Shown: positions 38,099-50,951 of the stretch, piece by piece | Layout: every line of letters starts with the position of its first letter | Numbering within the stretch: position 1 is the stretch's first letter | DNA from: Lytechinus pictus | Lineage: Eukaryota | Length of the DNA stretch: 64,000 nt | NCBI RefSeq assembly: GCF_037042905.1 | Contig: NC_087245.1 | Span: 17,176,001-17,240,000, forward strand | Reading direction: 5' to 3' | Translations under genes and position numbers: made by a program | Notes under the pieces: generated by a model | The model's input: only the letters and a program-made list of their open reading frames with translations | Told to the model about the DNA's origin: nothing | The model's database searches: none

Positions 38099-41000
38099 CA
38101 GTGGCGTACCTGACATATTTCGTCAGGGGGGGGGGGGGCAAGCGACAAGGATGAGCAAGGTGGGGGGGGGGGGGGTGTAGGCATTGACGTATATAGGCAC
38201 AATTTTTTCAGGGGGGCTGATAATCATTGCCCAAATATCAACTTCACATTTTTTAATTTTCGAGCGAGCGAAGCGAACGAACATATTTTCAATTATTATT
38301 TAGCCTTTTTACATGATGTGAAACGTGCAGAAATTATACATTTGGTCATAAAATTACCAATACACGAGGATATTTGGGCACTTCGCAGTCCTCGTTGCCC
38401 TGCATTTTGCAGCGCACCCCCCCCCTTTACACGTTTGTATGTGTAGGTCTGGCAGTGGCACTGAAGATGGGAAAGGTTACCCAGGGGGTGCCCAATAAAA
38501 CAGTTGGGATCTTGCTACTACTGATATTTGCTATCGGGCGATTGCACTTTTATTGTCGAAATTAATTATTTTTTTGTATATCATTCCAGAAATAAAATGT
38601 ATTGGATCGTGATCGATATATTTCTAATCAAGTGGTAATTGCAATGTTTATATTAAAATACTTCTTTTATTTGAAGGTGTTTACCTTATGTTCCCAATTC
38701 TGCTCATTTGGAGACGTTATAAAAGAGGTATTTGACATTGAAATCAGTTAATGATTGCGAGCGCGAAGCGCGAGCTGAATTTTTCCAAAAAATGTAGACC
38801 TAAAACAATACATTTTGTGCACTTAATCATGAATAGGATGGGTATCTTCCTTATTAAATTATGCGAGCGCGAAGAGCGAGCTACAAAATTTTGATATTCC
38901 TAACTGGACACTAGACGTTCTAAGCAGTTATACAGGATGGGTTTCCAAACAGTCGTGCGGGCGCAAAGCGCGAGCTAAAACTTTTGATATTCTGACTTAA
39001 GAACTGGACATTCTAAGCACTTTTAGTAACCATGAACAAATTGGTTTCTAACTGAATAATTAATTGATGCGAACGCAAAGAATGAGCTGAAAATTTGAGA
39101 TATTCCCCCCCCCCTGAAAAGTGGACATTCTAAGCACTTTTTTTTAAACTATGAACAAAATGTTAGTTAAAAACAATTAATTGGTGTGAGCGCGAAGCGC
39201 GAGCTATTTTTTTTAATATTTCGACCTAAAAAGTTTACATTCTGAGCACTTCATTTAATTATGAACAGGTTGGAATTTTATGCGAGTGCGAAGCTCGAGC
39301 TGAAATTTTTGATATTCCGACCTAAGAACTAATTTTTGTAACCGTGAACAAATTGGTTTCTAATGATGTATTTTTTATTTTTCATATTCCTACCTGAAAA
39401 CCGGACATTCTAAGCACTTCATTTAACTATGAACAGGATGGATATATCTAAAAATCAACTGCGTAGCCAGGATTTAATTTTGGAGGGGGCGGTAAGTGCA
39501 CGCGAAGCGTGCCAACTAGGGGGAGTGTCCAGGGAGGGGGGAGTTTCCCACCTCCCTCGCTGAGCGCGAAGTTTTTGATATCTCATCAAATTCAAATCAA
39601 AAGAAGGCGTCTCTAGTACCCTTATCAACTTGCTTGACTTGCTGTGATAAAAAAAAATGTTTTCGAAAGAAATTATGTGCGCCCCCAAAATGGGAAAAGA
39701 TTGGAGAATTTGAAATAGTTCTTCTTACCGCGCGAAAGCTTAGAACGTTTTATAAAAATAGAGAACAGAAATTATACAATCATGCCTACCTTGGTCACAT
39801 CAGATTTGAGTGAAAAAAATTTATCCACATTAAATTTTGTTAACTCAAGTTGCAAAACAGAGTAGAAGACGGGTATATACAGGAAGTAAACAGGCCCTAT
39901 TCCTTTCCGCGAATGGTGTTGAAGCTCTGATTTTTTTTTTTTATCTGAAACTTTAATCTGTTCTAATTTTGATATTTCTTAGATTATATATAACTCGATT
40001 AAGAAGAAAATGAGCTCAGATGTGAAAGAGATGATGCAAGCTAGAAGAGGGACTTTTCCTTTCCCATGCTCGCGAAGCACGGAAACCTTTGTGATTTATT
40101 TTGGAAGGAAACAAATTTTCGCTCATATTATAATATGCGCCTCCTTTTGTTTAAGAAAGTTCAGTGATATTCAAAATTTCAAATCAATGGCACCAAACAA
40201 AACAGGAGATGGATGTGCAGCGATACAGAACAAAGTTTAATATCGTACATACTTTTGCATATAGCACGGCACGAATTTAATTCCTCTCCCTTTGAACAGA
40301 TACTTTGCCGAAAATTACTTGCTGAAAAGCGGAAGAATTAGCATTTGGAGACCCAGGGAGTGACGGTAATATTTAACCGCTCCGAACAGAAGAGCCAAAA
40401 TTTTGTGTCAATGCAATATTAAAAAAAAATCATACTCTTTACACCCATGTATACTTTATAATTTCTGGCAAGAATATACGATTTGCACGGCCGGGAAGGG
40501 GAAAAACGGAGTAGAAAGAAGGTGTGGGAATCAAAAGAGAATGGCAATTTTGATGTTTTTTTCCCGCGCGGAGCGCGGAAGCAAAAATTTTAGCATGAAT
40601 AGAGAAGAAAATCTCGTTTAGGTTGTTATTCTTTTGACCAAAAACGAAGGAAAAAACAGCAGAAGTTATACCTTTCTTCCCTTTTCTCCTTTCCCCCTTC
40701 TTTTTTTTTCTTTTTGGGAGCGTTTTTTTGGGGCGACCGCCCCCACCGCCCCCCTGGCCACGCGCCTGCTAAACAGTATATGGGAGCACGAAGCGCGAGC
40801 TGAAATTTTGATATTCCGGCCTAAGAACTGGATATTATAAGCACTTTTTGTAACCGTGAACAAATTGGTTTCTAACTAATCAATTGACGCGAGCGTGAAG
40901 TGCGAGCTGAAAATTTTTGATAATTCAACCTGAAAACTAGACATTGATCATAGGTATCCGACTAAAAAATTGATGCAAGCGCTACGTGCGAAATTTTTAT

Positions 41001-41404
41001 TGTTATAATTATTTTACCTAAAAGTTGTTCTCTAACTTTTTCCTGTCCCTGGTCAGCCCAGTCCGTCCTCACTATCGGAACAGAGAGCTCTAAAAGTCGC
41101 ATTGCGTAAAAATCACAATTTACCGATAAAAGTGTACAGTTTAATTGACATTAATTGACATTTACCGACAAAGATGGTGGAACTAAAAAACCGAATCACT
41201 TGGAACAGCCCTGTGTGCCTGACATTTTTTCCGACAGTCTGCAGTCCAGTTTTTGTTCTCCCCTTTCTCTTAAACTCGTTCTTCTTTTTCCCCTTCCACC
41301 TTTTTTTTCTCTTTCCTCTTTCCTTTTTTCTTTCCCTTTTTCGCTTCCTTTTTTTCCTTGTGACTCGTCAGGGGGGCAGTCTGCCCCCCTTAGGTACGCT
41401 AGTG
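38099..41404. mobile_element. hAT-type non-autonomous element, copy 2 (carries nested element 39456-40768)
   Basis: 8-bp TSD ATTGTGCC on both sides; same TIRs and body as 31271-33737. Confidence 0.87.
39456..40768. mobile_element. hAT-type non-autonomous element nested in copy 2
   Basis: Imperfect TIRs CAACTGCGTAGCCAGG / CCTGGCCACGCGCCTG; degenerate TSD CTAAAAAT/CTAAACAG; absent from copy 1 at about 33070. Confidence 0.75.
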
Positions 41405-41589
41405 ATTGTGCCCCTTCAAGACTTTGACCCCTCAAAACTAAAAGTGTTCCGACGTGCCTGGTCGCCACGCTTCAATATTTAAAGGGAGGCTAACTTTTAC
41501 AATTGCAGCATTATCCTTTTTTTTTCATTCAAATAACTCTTTCACATATTTGAGTTCAAGCATGTGACATACCTTATAACTTATGATAA

Positions 41590-41785
41590 ACATGACGATG
41601 ATGATGATGATATCTCGGCGCAACTATTATTACCTCGGTTTGAGCCTTTACAGGAATGGTGAGCACTTTCAAGAATTGATCCTTCCAGATACTCATTCAT
41701 GAACGAAAAATTCCCATAGCTGGGATTCGAACCCTCAAAACTTCAATTTGAACGACGAGGGTCGGAACCACCAGACCACGACGTG
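41590..41785 (-). mobile_element. Degenerate tRNA-derived SINE
   Basis: Minus strand CGTGGTCTGGTGG (A box) and GGGTTCGAATCCC (B box), non-tRNA body, (ATC)n tail. Confidence 0.6.
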
Positions 41786-42130
41786 CTCGTCCGTCTAATC
41801 ATCAGAAACAGTTTCAACATTAGTGCATGTAGGTGATTTCCCTTCATAAAACGATAATGACGACGGCAACTCTACTTTCAGCAACAATCTTTAATAGTTC
41901 GACATGATCGATCCACGACCCAGCAATCTCTGTTTAATCATGATCTTCTTTCGTTTTCCCTTTGAGGGTTTTTCTAATTTTTACTTTCTATGGGAAAAAC
42001 AAGAACCGTCGCGACGCGTCGCCCCTCTGCCCCCTTTATCGTCGCCCCTACACGGAACATATTCCATGTTATCCATCCATTGAAGGTAATTTCTCTTCTC
42101 TAACTTTGTGTTTAGCTACCTACTGTCCAA

Positions 42131-42396
42131 ATGGGTCTTTCATTGTTCAGCAGCACAGAAGCAAGGAGGCAGCTAAGGAGAAACGTGAGTGGTATCCTTC
42201 TCATTGTGACGTTGTCTGTAACTGTCATCGTCCTAGAATGTCAAACAGAACGGAGATCATTTGATGAATTTCCGAGAAGATACAATCCGGATCCCCGACA
42301 TGAGCAACTGATGGGTGACCACAAACCGATGATCCCCGATCCGATGATCCGCGAACCGATAATCCAAATTGCCCCCAAACCGATTGTCCAGAAAAG
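42131..42396 (+). CDS. GAL3ST: Sulfotransferase exon 1: cytoplasmic tail, TM anchor, Pro-rich stem
   Basis: ATG at 42131 after an acceptor at 42115; AG/GTAAGA donor; hydrophobic segment. Confidence 0.75.
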
Positions 42397-43293
42397 GTAA
42401 GACTTTTCATCACAATGACAACTAGCTGTGCTATATAACTCTCCCACCGAGTTTGTCCTAGCCGAGACGTTTAATAAAAGAAGGTCTCGTTTGCAATTGA
42501 TAATACTAGGTTCATGGGTTCCGGGTTCGAATACCAGAAGGACACGTATGCAAATGTTAAGCAGGGTATTTTATACGTTGCTCTTTTATCACCGTGTATG
42601 ATAATATAATGAATCATATGACATGTATGTGAAAGCGTTTAATCGTATTGTTAGATTTGTCGGAGCTGAGGGCACCCGTTTAATGTGTATAACCTAATGG
42701 ATACATTGATGTGATTTGAATATTCGATATAAAACTGCTCGCTCAAGTGGGTGTCGGGATCTCACATCCATTGTGCCCTTATCGAGGCATCTACATGTCA
42801 GAAATGTTTGAGATTGAAAAAAAAATAGCAACAGCACCCGCACACATACACTGCACACACTTGATCAGTAAATATCAATCTCATTCACGAACTGTTTTAT
42901 GGGGCCGTCATCAATATTGTATACATATATGAATTATAAAAGTGATGTTTATGCTCACAACGTCATTACGACTATATTGTTTATATCATGAGTTATTTAT
43001 TGTTTATTATCTTGGACGCAGATCAAAAATCCGGTCTGCGAGATCCACTCTTTATTAACTCTGGTTTAGTTTAAGCCATTGTCTATTTCTGTGCTAAATT
43101 TATGTTTAGTTACAAATTTCAAAACTCGGTTTGCGTATTATTGGGCTTTGTTCTGCTATTATGCCAACAAACTCGATAAGCTATATCGTCAGCATTCCCG
43201 GAGAGTTTGAAAAATAGTGTAAAAACGTGCTGAGACCCAATCATTATATAGGGATAATCATTTAATCCAAATATGATCCAAAACTCATATTTA

Positions 43294-43328
<35 letters not shown>

Positions 43329-43891
43329 TTATTTGGCAAGTCACCATAACATATATACAGTAGCATTAAAACAACAGGCTTGCACAGGATGACCCACGAA
43401 AGCTCGAAAGCTTATTTCCAGTGGGGTCCTCAATATACAGAATTAAGATAATAAAATGTTAAAATTATACTATTTACATATTAAAAATGAAGAAAAAAAT
43501 CAGAATTTACTATTACCAATAAATAAGATATATAGACAATAAATAAGATATATACAAGAATATAACGAAGAAGAAGAAGAAAAGAAGGAGAAGGAAGAGG
43601 AGGAACAGAAGAAGAGAGGGGACGAGGAGTAGAAGGAGACGGAAGAAACTGATAACGAAGGGAAATAAATAAGGAGAAGAACAACAGCATAAACGTGACG
43701 ACAATAACAACAAGAAGAGGAGAATAGGAAGAAATAAAAGAAATAGAAAGAATAGAAGAAAGGACATATCGAAGCTTCAATCAAACTATGTAAAATACAT
43801 AATAATACCTAGTAGAGAAGATAAAAGAACTAGGTCAGTATTCAGGCTAAATCAACCGTACAACATATCATTTGCATCTTCTTTTTTACTC

Positions 43892-43928
<37 letters not shown>

Positions 43929-46900
43929 GACCACTTGGTCTAGTAGCCAATTGGTTTAGACCACCGATCAATGTAAACCGGGTTTAGAAATATAAAACAG
44001 AGAGCCATCGATACATCTTTATGGTGCGGTTCATCCCGGATGACGTTTCAAAGTCAAAGTTTTTTTCGAATAATTAAAGACACGGAAGAACTGATGTCTG
44101 AAATATTATCTCCGCCAAAATTGCTCTTTTGTTCGGACGCGATGGTAGTGCGAAGGTGAATCGCTTGAAGGAAATTCAACATTAACAACGTCTCCGAATC
44201 CATCTTCGAATTTTAACGTACAGTGATGAAATGCAATTGTGAAAATTTGCCATTTTTCGACATTCGCAACTTTCTCAATTAAAATACAACATGCTCGAGT
44301 GCTCCACAATGTCCGCTTGAATAAAAATACATCCTCAAGACGCTGTCTCGTAATGGACCAGTACTTTATTCAACAACAATGTTTGTTAGCCCATCTTACT
44401 ACGGCCTCATACAATTTATGCTGTTGACGCCCATGTTGTCAACATCTACATATTTCTTAAAGGCCAGTAAATGTAAGCATTCATTTCTCAAATGTGTGTA
44501 AGGTAGTACATGTAATATGTGACGGCCCTTTTAATTGGGACCATTTCATAAAGATGATCATGAAGTGATTATTCATGAGTGTTTCTTGGTGTTTCAGCAC
44601 ACAACCACATTATATTCCCTTTCTCAGTTTAAGAGCACTTTAAATACCCATCTTTTTAATTCCTAATATCATGTATGCTATTTTGTTATTTATACTCTTT
44701 AGTTGTTGTTGTAGCTCTTGTAGATGGTATAAGTTTAGTTTACTGTAGTTTTATTGTAAAGCGCATAGAGAATTGAATATTAATTATTATGCGCTTAATA
44801 AATCTAACATTATTGTTATTATATTATATCAGATTGCAATGCATGAAAACAATATGAATACAGTTTTAATTACCAAATTCCATATCTAGGTTTTTGGAAC
44901 CAACTTCATTCCCATCAACCCCTGACATTCCTGAACCGAGTACGGATTGTGAAGTTCACACTCACGTCGTGTATATCAAAACGCATAAGACGGGCTCTAC
45001 CACACTGGAAACGCTATTCAACCGATTTGGCTATTTCCACAATTTGTCATTCATCTTCAATGGAAAACAGAAGTATGGACACTTCGAGTAAGTTTTGATG
45101 TCAGCTTCGTTTTAAACATGTTTTGTACTGAGGGATTGGCATTGAAACAAAATTGTCAATAAACAAAAATTACATTGAAAATTTAAATTTGATTCATGGT
45201 TGTCGCTATTAATAGCATGGGAAAGGGAAGGGTGATTATCCTCTGCGATTTCTAAGTGGTGGAAAAAGAACAAAATTAAAAAATGATAAAGGCAGAAGGC
45301 AAAAAAAATGTTTATCTCTCTCTATAAAAAAGGAAAGGTACGGAAGGGGGATATTGATCGGCACAACAAATATCTAAAATTTTGGTCATCTTGTATCATT
45401 CTTATCAAAGTATCCTTGCGTCGCAGTTTTACCGCAGAGATTTAGGAGGGGGAGATTTTCGATTAAATAATTGTCACATTTTCCACAAATAGAAAAATTG
45501 GGTTTGCCTTTGATATGATTAAACGATGAAATCATCTATTTTCCACACTCTTTTTCTTTGTTAAAACAGTTTACTACATTTGTTAAGTTCTTTCTCCTAC
45601 TAAAATTCCACATTCGTGCTTTCTTAGCAGTCAGGTAAAAAACCCAGTATAACATACATAATATAACATACTTTTTAATAAGTGGAACAATCAAGCAGAA
45701 GGTCATTCCCCTCCGAATAATGCCGCCTCTAGCTGCCAACTTATTAGCAATATGTCATCGGTTGCACTAGCGTACATAAGGGGCGCAGACTGCCCCCCTG
45801 ACGAGTCACAAGCAAAAAAAAAAGGAAAGAAAAAAGAAAAGAGAGAAAACGAAAGAGAGGAAAAGGAAAGAGAGGAAAAAAAGGGGGAGGGGAAAAAGAA
45901 GAAAGAGTTTAAGAGAAAGGAAAACAATCACTGATCCAGGGGACATGCCCCCCCCCCCTTATAAGAAGCAAAATTAGATATTTGTAATGTAAAAATGCCA
46001 TGAAAACAGACGTGAAGACTGAAGACCTTTTTTTTTCTTTTTTTTCTTTTTTTTTTGCTTGTCAAATTTTTTCGCGGACGAAATATCCTCCGCCGCTGAT
46101 CGGTTGCTTCCATTAAATGGCCGGGATATCGTATGTAGATGCTCTTTCGGTTATTCGGTTATCCCCCTCCCATAGACGCTCTGTCGTTCCTCAATGTTCT
46201 ATAATAGACATGTTTTCCCCTTTTCTCGAATTAAAGTGTCTCCGTTTAAACCCTACTGACCCTGTTTTAGTCTTCTCTATTATTCATAACATTAAGTTAA
46301 TCGAAATTATTTATATTCATTAAACATAATTCTTGATATATAGTCACATAATTTTCTTTATGTAAACGAAAATGACAATAATTGAAAATACTTCAAAATG
46401 GAGCGGCATGGGAGTATTTGCATCGTTGATACTGCAGACAAGAACTGAAGACCAGGATTTTCTGACTTGATACAAACATAATTAATGATTGCTAGCCAGG
46501 TATTGGTTGTTTTGTGTGTTTGGAGCTAGCCATATTTTCACCTAGTATTGTCCTCCAGGGGCCCGTAACACCAAGCTTAGCAATGATCGTAGAACATCTT
46601 TCTACGATTGATTCTATTGACTACAGTGTACGATCAATCGTGAAAATCAAGCGCACAATTGATCTCTAACCTTTGTGTTACAGGACCCAGATATCGACAA
46701 CTTCATGCTTCGTTACTGTGAACCCCATGCCATTTTATAATACTTTAATATCATTTTGCTTTGTTTTAAATCTCAAGGGCAATGGATTTGCGGAAAGCTG
46801 ACATGCTGGAGCAACTACTCCCACCACTAGGAGTTGAGACAGGAGATTATGCGAGATATAAGAACTACGAAACAAGTGCGATTCACGTGCGATTTTATCG

Positions 46901-47750
46901 CGACGTCTTCGACAGATTCATGGCCAAAGATACGCGTTATGTTTCTAGCGTGCGTGATCCTGCCGACCAATGGGAGTCTGCATTTAATCATTTCGGATTC
47001 AGAAAAGCCATATCCCAGTTAGCCGATGCTAATGGACAGATGGTCAATATAACGAAGACGCACAAAGTACCTTTTAATGAAAATAATTCTACACTTGATG
47101 CAATCCACGAATTCCTTAGAAAGCCCAAATTGTACTTGGAGGTGCTAAAAAAGAAGGGGAAGGTCATTTATCATTTTGCGAACAACGATCAGACCTACGA
47201 TTTGAGCACGGATCTAGAATCAACGCAGCTTCATGATGAGAAGCTTGTCAATCGGACAATCGACCGACTAGTTGACGAGCTGGATGTTGTCATTGTAAAC
47301 GAATACTTCGATGAATCTCTACTAGTCATGAAGAAGGAATTCTGTTGGGAATTTACAGACATTTTATACATTTCACAGAATAAACGAGCAGTAAAAGAAA
47401 TGTTGCCGGAGAAAACGCGTGCAAAAATTAGAGACTTTAACAGAGCAGATACTCTACTTCATCAGCGCTTCAATGATTCCCTGTGGAAGAAGATCGAAGC
47501 CTACGGACCAGATTTTCAGAAAGACCTAAATCATTATAGACAAATGTTGATTGATGTCAATTCAGAATGTTCTGCCGAAGGCAAGTCCAAGAAACATGGC
47601 TTTAATTACCAAATATACAATGTAAAGGCAAAGAAGAATGCAACCCTATTTTGTAGATTTATGGCGGATAACTTTTTAATGACATTTAGGAGAGTCTTTG
47701 AAAGACAGCGTAATCAGACGATCATCAAAACGCGAAAGATCAAACAATAG
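42131..47750 (+). CDS. GAL3ST: Galactose-3-O-sulfotransferase family (GAL3ST/cerebroside sulfotransferase-like) type II Golgi enzyme, 478 aa, 3 coding exons
   Basis: Exons 42131-42396, 44890-45087, 46778-47750 splice in frame (both introns phase 2; 1437 nt). N-terminal TM GILLIVTLSVTVIVL, 5'-PAPS loop KTHKTGSTT, 3'-phosphate motif RDPADQWESAF, EYFDESLLVMK. Family-level call only. Confidence 0.9.
43295..43892 (-). mobile_element. LINE 3' UTR remnant with (AATC)n tail
   Basis: Minus strand GGACCCCACTGGAAATAAGCTTTCGAGCTTTCGTGGGTCATCC stem-loop, AATAAA, then (ATCA)n. Confidence 0.5.
44890..45087 (+). CDS. GAL3ST: Sulfotransferase exon 2: PAPS-binding loop
   Basis: VVYIKTHKTGSTTLETLFNRFG; TAG acceptor, GTAAGT donor. 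Confidence 0.9.
46559..46687. mobile_element. Small Harbinger-like MITE (related copy at about 12430-12550)
   Basis: GGGCCCGTAACAC...GTGTTACAGGACC termini, CAG flanks; body shared with 12430-12550. Confidence 0.6.
46778..47750 (+). CDS. GAL3ST: Sulfotransferase exon 3: remainder of catalytic domain
   Basis: 322-aa ORF with HVRF, RDP..QWESAF, NDQTYDL, EYFDESL, NRADTLLHQRFN. Confidence 0.92.
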
Positions 47751-47955
47751 GCGGGGAACATGATAAATATAAGCCTATACTTCGTACGCAGTACGGTCCC
47801 CACTGCAGACTGCCAACCTGTGTCCTCGATTGTGTTAGGTTTCCATTGCAGAACTTGTCAACTTGTAACCACATTAATTTGACCAATATATTTTTATTCG
47901 ATCAGGTCGGCAAGAATAAAGTTACCCCGGAAAGTTACCTGGTCAAGCTATTTAA

Positions 47956-48553
47956 AGGTCAAGTCGACCTCGTAAAAATGTTTATTCGAATCAATAGAGA
48001 AAAATCAGACAAGCATTATGCTGAAAGTTTCATCAAAATCGGACGTAAAATAAGAAAGTTATGACATTTTAAAGTTTCGCTTATTTTTCACAAAATAGTT
48101 ATATGCACAATTTAGTCACATGCAAACGAGAGAATCGATGATGCCCCTCACTCACTATTTCTTTTGTTTTTCATTGTTCGATTTATACATTATTTCAATT
48201 TTTGCAGATTTGACAATAAGTACCAACTTGACTGAACCATAAATGTTAAGAAATGGTAATTCAACATGTTCAGAGAGAAATAAAACTTTGTTTCACAAGA
48301 ACAATGAGGAGAAATTAGAATATTTCATATTTCATATAATAAAATACAAAAGAAATAGTGAGTGATGTCATCAGTTCCCTCATTTGCATACCGACCGGGA
48401 TGTGTATGTAACTGTTTTGTGAAATTAAGCAAAACTTTAAAATATCATAACTTTCATACTTAACCTCCGATTTTGATGAAATTTTCAGTGTTATGCTTGT
48501 TGGATTTTTCACTTTTTATTCAAATCAAAATTTTGTTGGGGTGGACTTGTCCT
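47956..48553. mobile_element. Kolobok-type MITE
   Basis: TTAA flanks; AGGTCAAGTCGACC / GGTGGACTTGTCCT termini; inverted arms of about 230 bp. Confidence 0.8.
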
Positions 48554-48696
48554 TTAATAGGTAACCACAGCGATGTCAGATAAGGTAGTCTGACGCCTAT
48601 ATAGCACCCCATTTTCTTACCGAAATAGACTCATCAGGTATAGGTTAACCTTGATTGGATTCGATCGGGTAGATTAATTGGGCACTGGGTCTGTCC

Positions 48697-48949
48697 CACT
48701 AGCGTACCTACGGGGGGGGGGGGCAGAGGGGGCAGACTGCCCCCCCTGACGAGTCACAACCCATGCAAGGGACATATCACTGCCCCCCTGACGAGTCTTT
48801 GAAGACCTTTTTTTTTCTTGCTTGTCAAAGTTTTTTCTGGTACGAAATCCTTTATTTTTGGTTGAAGACCTTTTTTTTTTTTGCTTGTCAAATTTTTTGG
48901 CTGACGAATTTGCCCCCCCCCCCTGTGGAAAATCCTAGGTACGCCACTG
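48697..48949. mobile_element. 253-bp hAT-type MITE with the same termini as 31271-33737
   Basis: 8-bp TSD GTCTGTCC; TIRs CACTAGCGTACCTA / TAGGTACGCCACTG. Confidence 0.88.
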
Positions 48950-50951
48950 GTCTGTCCCGATCGGGTAGATCATTATTCGGCACTGGGTCTGGCCCGATCG
49001 GGTAGATCGATTTGGCACTGGATCTAGTCCGATCGGTAGTTTTGTGGAAATATTGGTAACGACCCTATATCGCTCTGTAAACTTGATCAAACTAAAACAA
49101 CAAGTTTTCGTTCTGTTAAGTCTATAGTTCGGCGGGGGATCCATATCGTCCTGGCCCGAATATTTTGTCTAATATATATGAGTATAGAGGGCCCATAGGG
49201 AGCCAGAGCATTGTCGTCTACCCCGATCAAGGTAGGTTGACCCGGTTCAACTTGCCGTGCTAGATCGACCCCATCGAAACCATCTTAACGTGATCGAGTT
49301 AGCACAGCGATGTCACGCAGGCAATTCGAATATTGCATGACGCAATGTTAGGTTCCCATTGCAAAATTGGAACACCTAAACACGTGATCTCTCAACCCAG
49401 ATCAATATGATTGGGATCAATCTACCTTGATCGGAGTGATAGACCAGGTGCGGATCACTAAGGACGGCGTCTCCTTCCCACGAGGCAGATGATTACATTA
49501 TTTTGTCTGCATCAGAATGACTTTCTGCTTATTGCTTTCGAACATGCACCGAAGGTGCACATTTGACTTCTACGTAGTTAAGTTGCCTCTAGGGTGTTTT
49601 ATAAAATGTATATTTCAGTTAACATTGAATATCGTCACAGTGGACCCTCGGTTGCGCGGACCTTTCCGATTTTGGACATGTGTCAAAATATTATAACAGG
49701 GAACCAGTGCTATACCAACTAGACCACGTAGGCGGAAAATAATATTGATATATTGAATAGACCAGTTTGGCAATGGGAACCTATGCGGAAGTAATGGAAT
49801 TCTATGACACGATTGACTCTTGGCGAATCACATCTTGTTATTTCAGTGGCTTGTAAATTACAAGTAATAAGTGAAACAGTGCAATGAAAATGGGGCCAGG
49901 AAATTGATTAGATCGGGTGTAGTCGAAAAAAAGTATGCTCTATTAAGAATGAATATCATTGGACAGTATACTCTGTATTTTTCGATCAGTGGAATTAGTT
50001 TTAGTGATATGTATTTAATTGTATATATAAGAGCATTATTATACTGATTGTCATAGCATTGATCAAGTTAACTCAAGGATGTAGCTCAAACCTGAGGTTA
50101 TATATTCATTGAATGTCCCCTGCCAACTGATATGGTTGTGCAGACTTATATTATTGGTTAAGTGAATCGTGAACAAATGAGATGAAATGATCAGAAACAG
50201 ATGAAATTAATAAAGATTATTGAATGAATTTCAATCACTTGTTTGGTGTTAGCTTTTTAAGGATTGCCCTTCAACTTGTCTAATAAGGCTAGCTACATTG
50301 TTTGTAGTTCTCCCATAGAGATCTATATGTATTGAATAGCTGCAGAAACAGAACTAAAATATAATTTCAGACATCTCATCAAGGTGTTTCATTTCACCCC
50401 ATTTCAACAATCCAGATAAAATCAATCAGGAAATAAAAATCCAAAGAGAAAACAAAATTATGATTTACTCTTTACTTTCAGTATGGTATGTCGTTAGTCG
50501 AGTAATGCTAACGTTATATTTTGTTGACGTTGTTCTAATTGTTGTTTCTTGGAAAATGTATTCTTCTCTGAATGCTGTAAAGATTTGTAAAAGTTTTTTA
50601 ATCATCTGTTTTGATGTCACAAAGCAAATCAATGGGTTCTTTTCGTCGCAGTGCAGTATTTCTATATTTTCTTAGTAAATAACAATATCAATTTCATTGA
50701 CATGTTTTCTGATAAAAAATATGAAGTGGAATTAAGAATAAACCCTTGGGAACTTTTTAAGTTTTACTTTTGCAATATTGAAAATATTGATATTTTGGAC
50801 ATTGACGTTTATTGAAGGGGTACTCAGGATAGCTAAATAAAATATTTCACTGCGCAAAATGCAGTGTCATAAAAATCTGAAAATAACAAAGTTATTGAAT
50901 TTTTGATTTAGCATTGTGAAAACAGTTATACGTATACGCTGTCATAGTACA

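Noticed and set aside
43481..43784. Hydrophobic or Lys/Arg-rich ORFs here and at 25311, 30032, 33479, 35969, 41155, 45703, 55076
   Set aside because: Translations of purine/pyrimidine tracts and microsatellites
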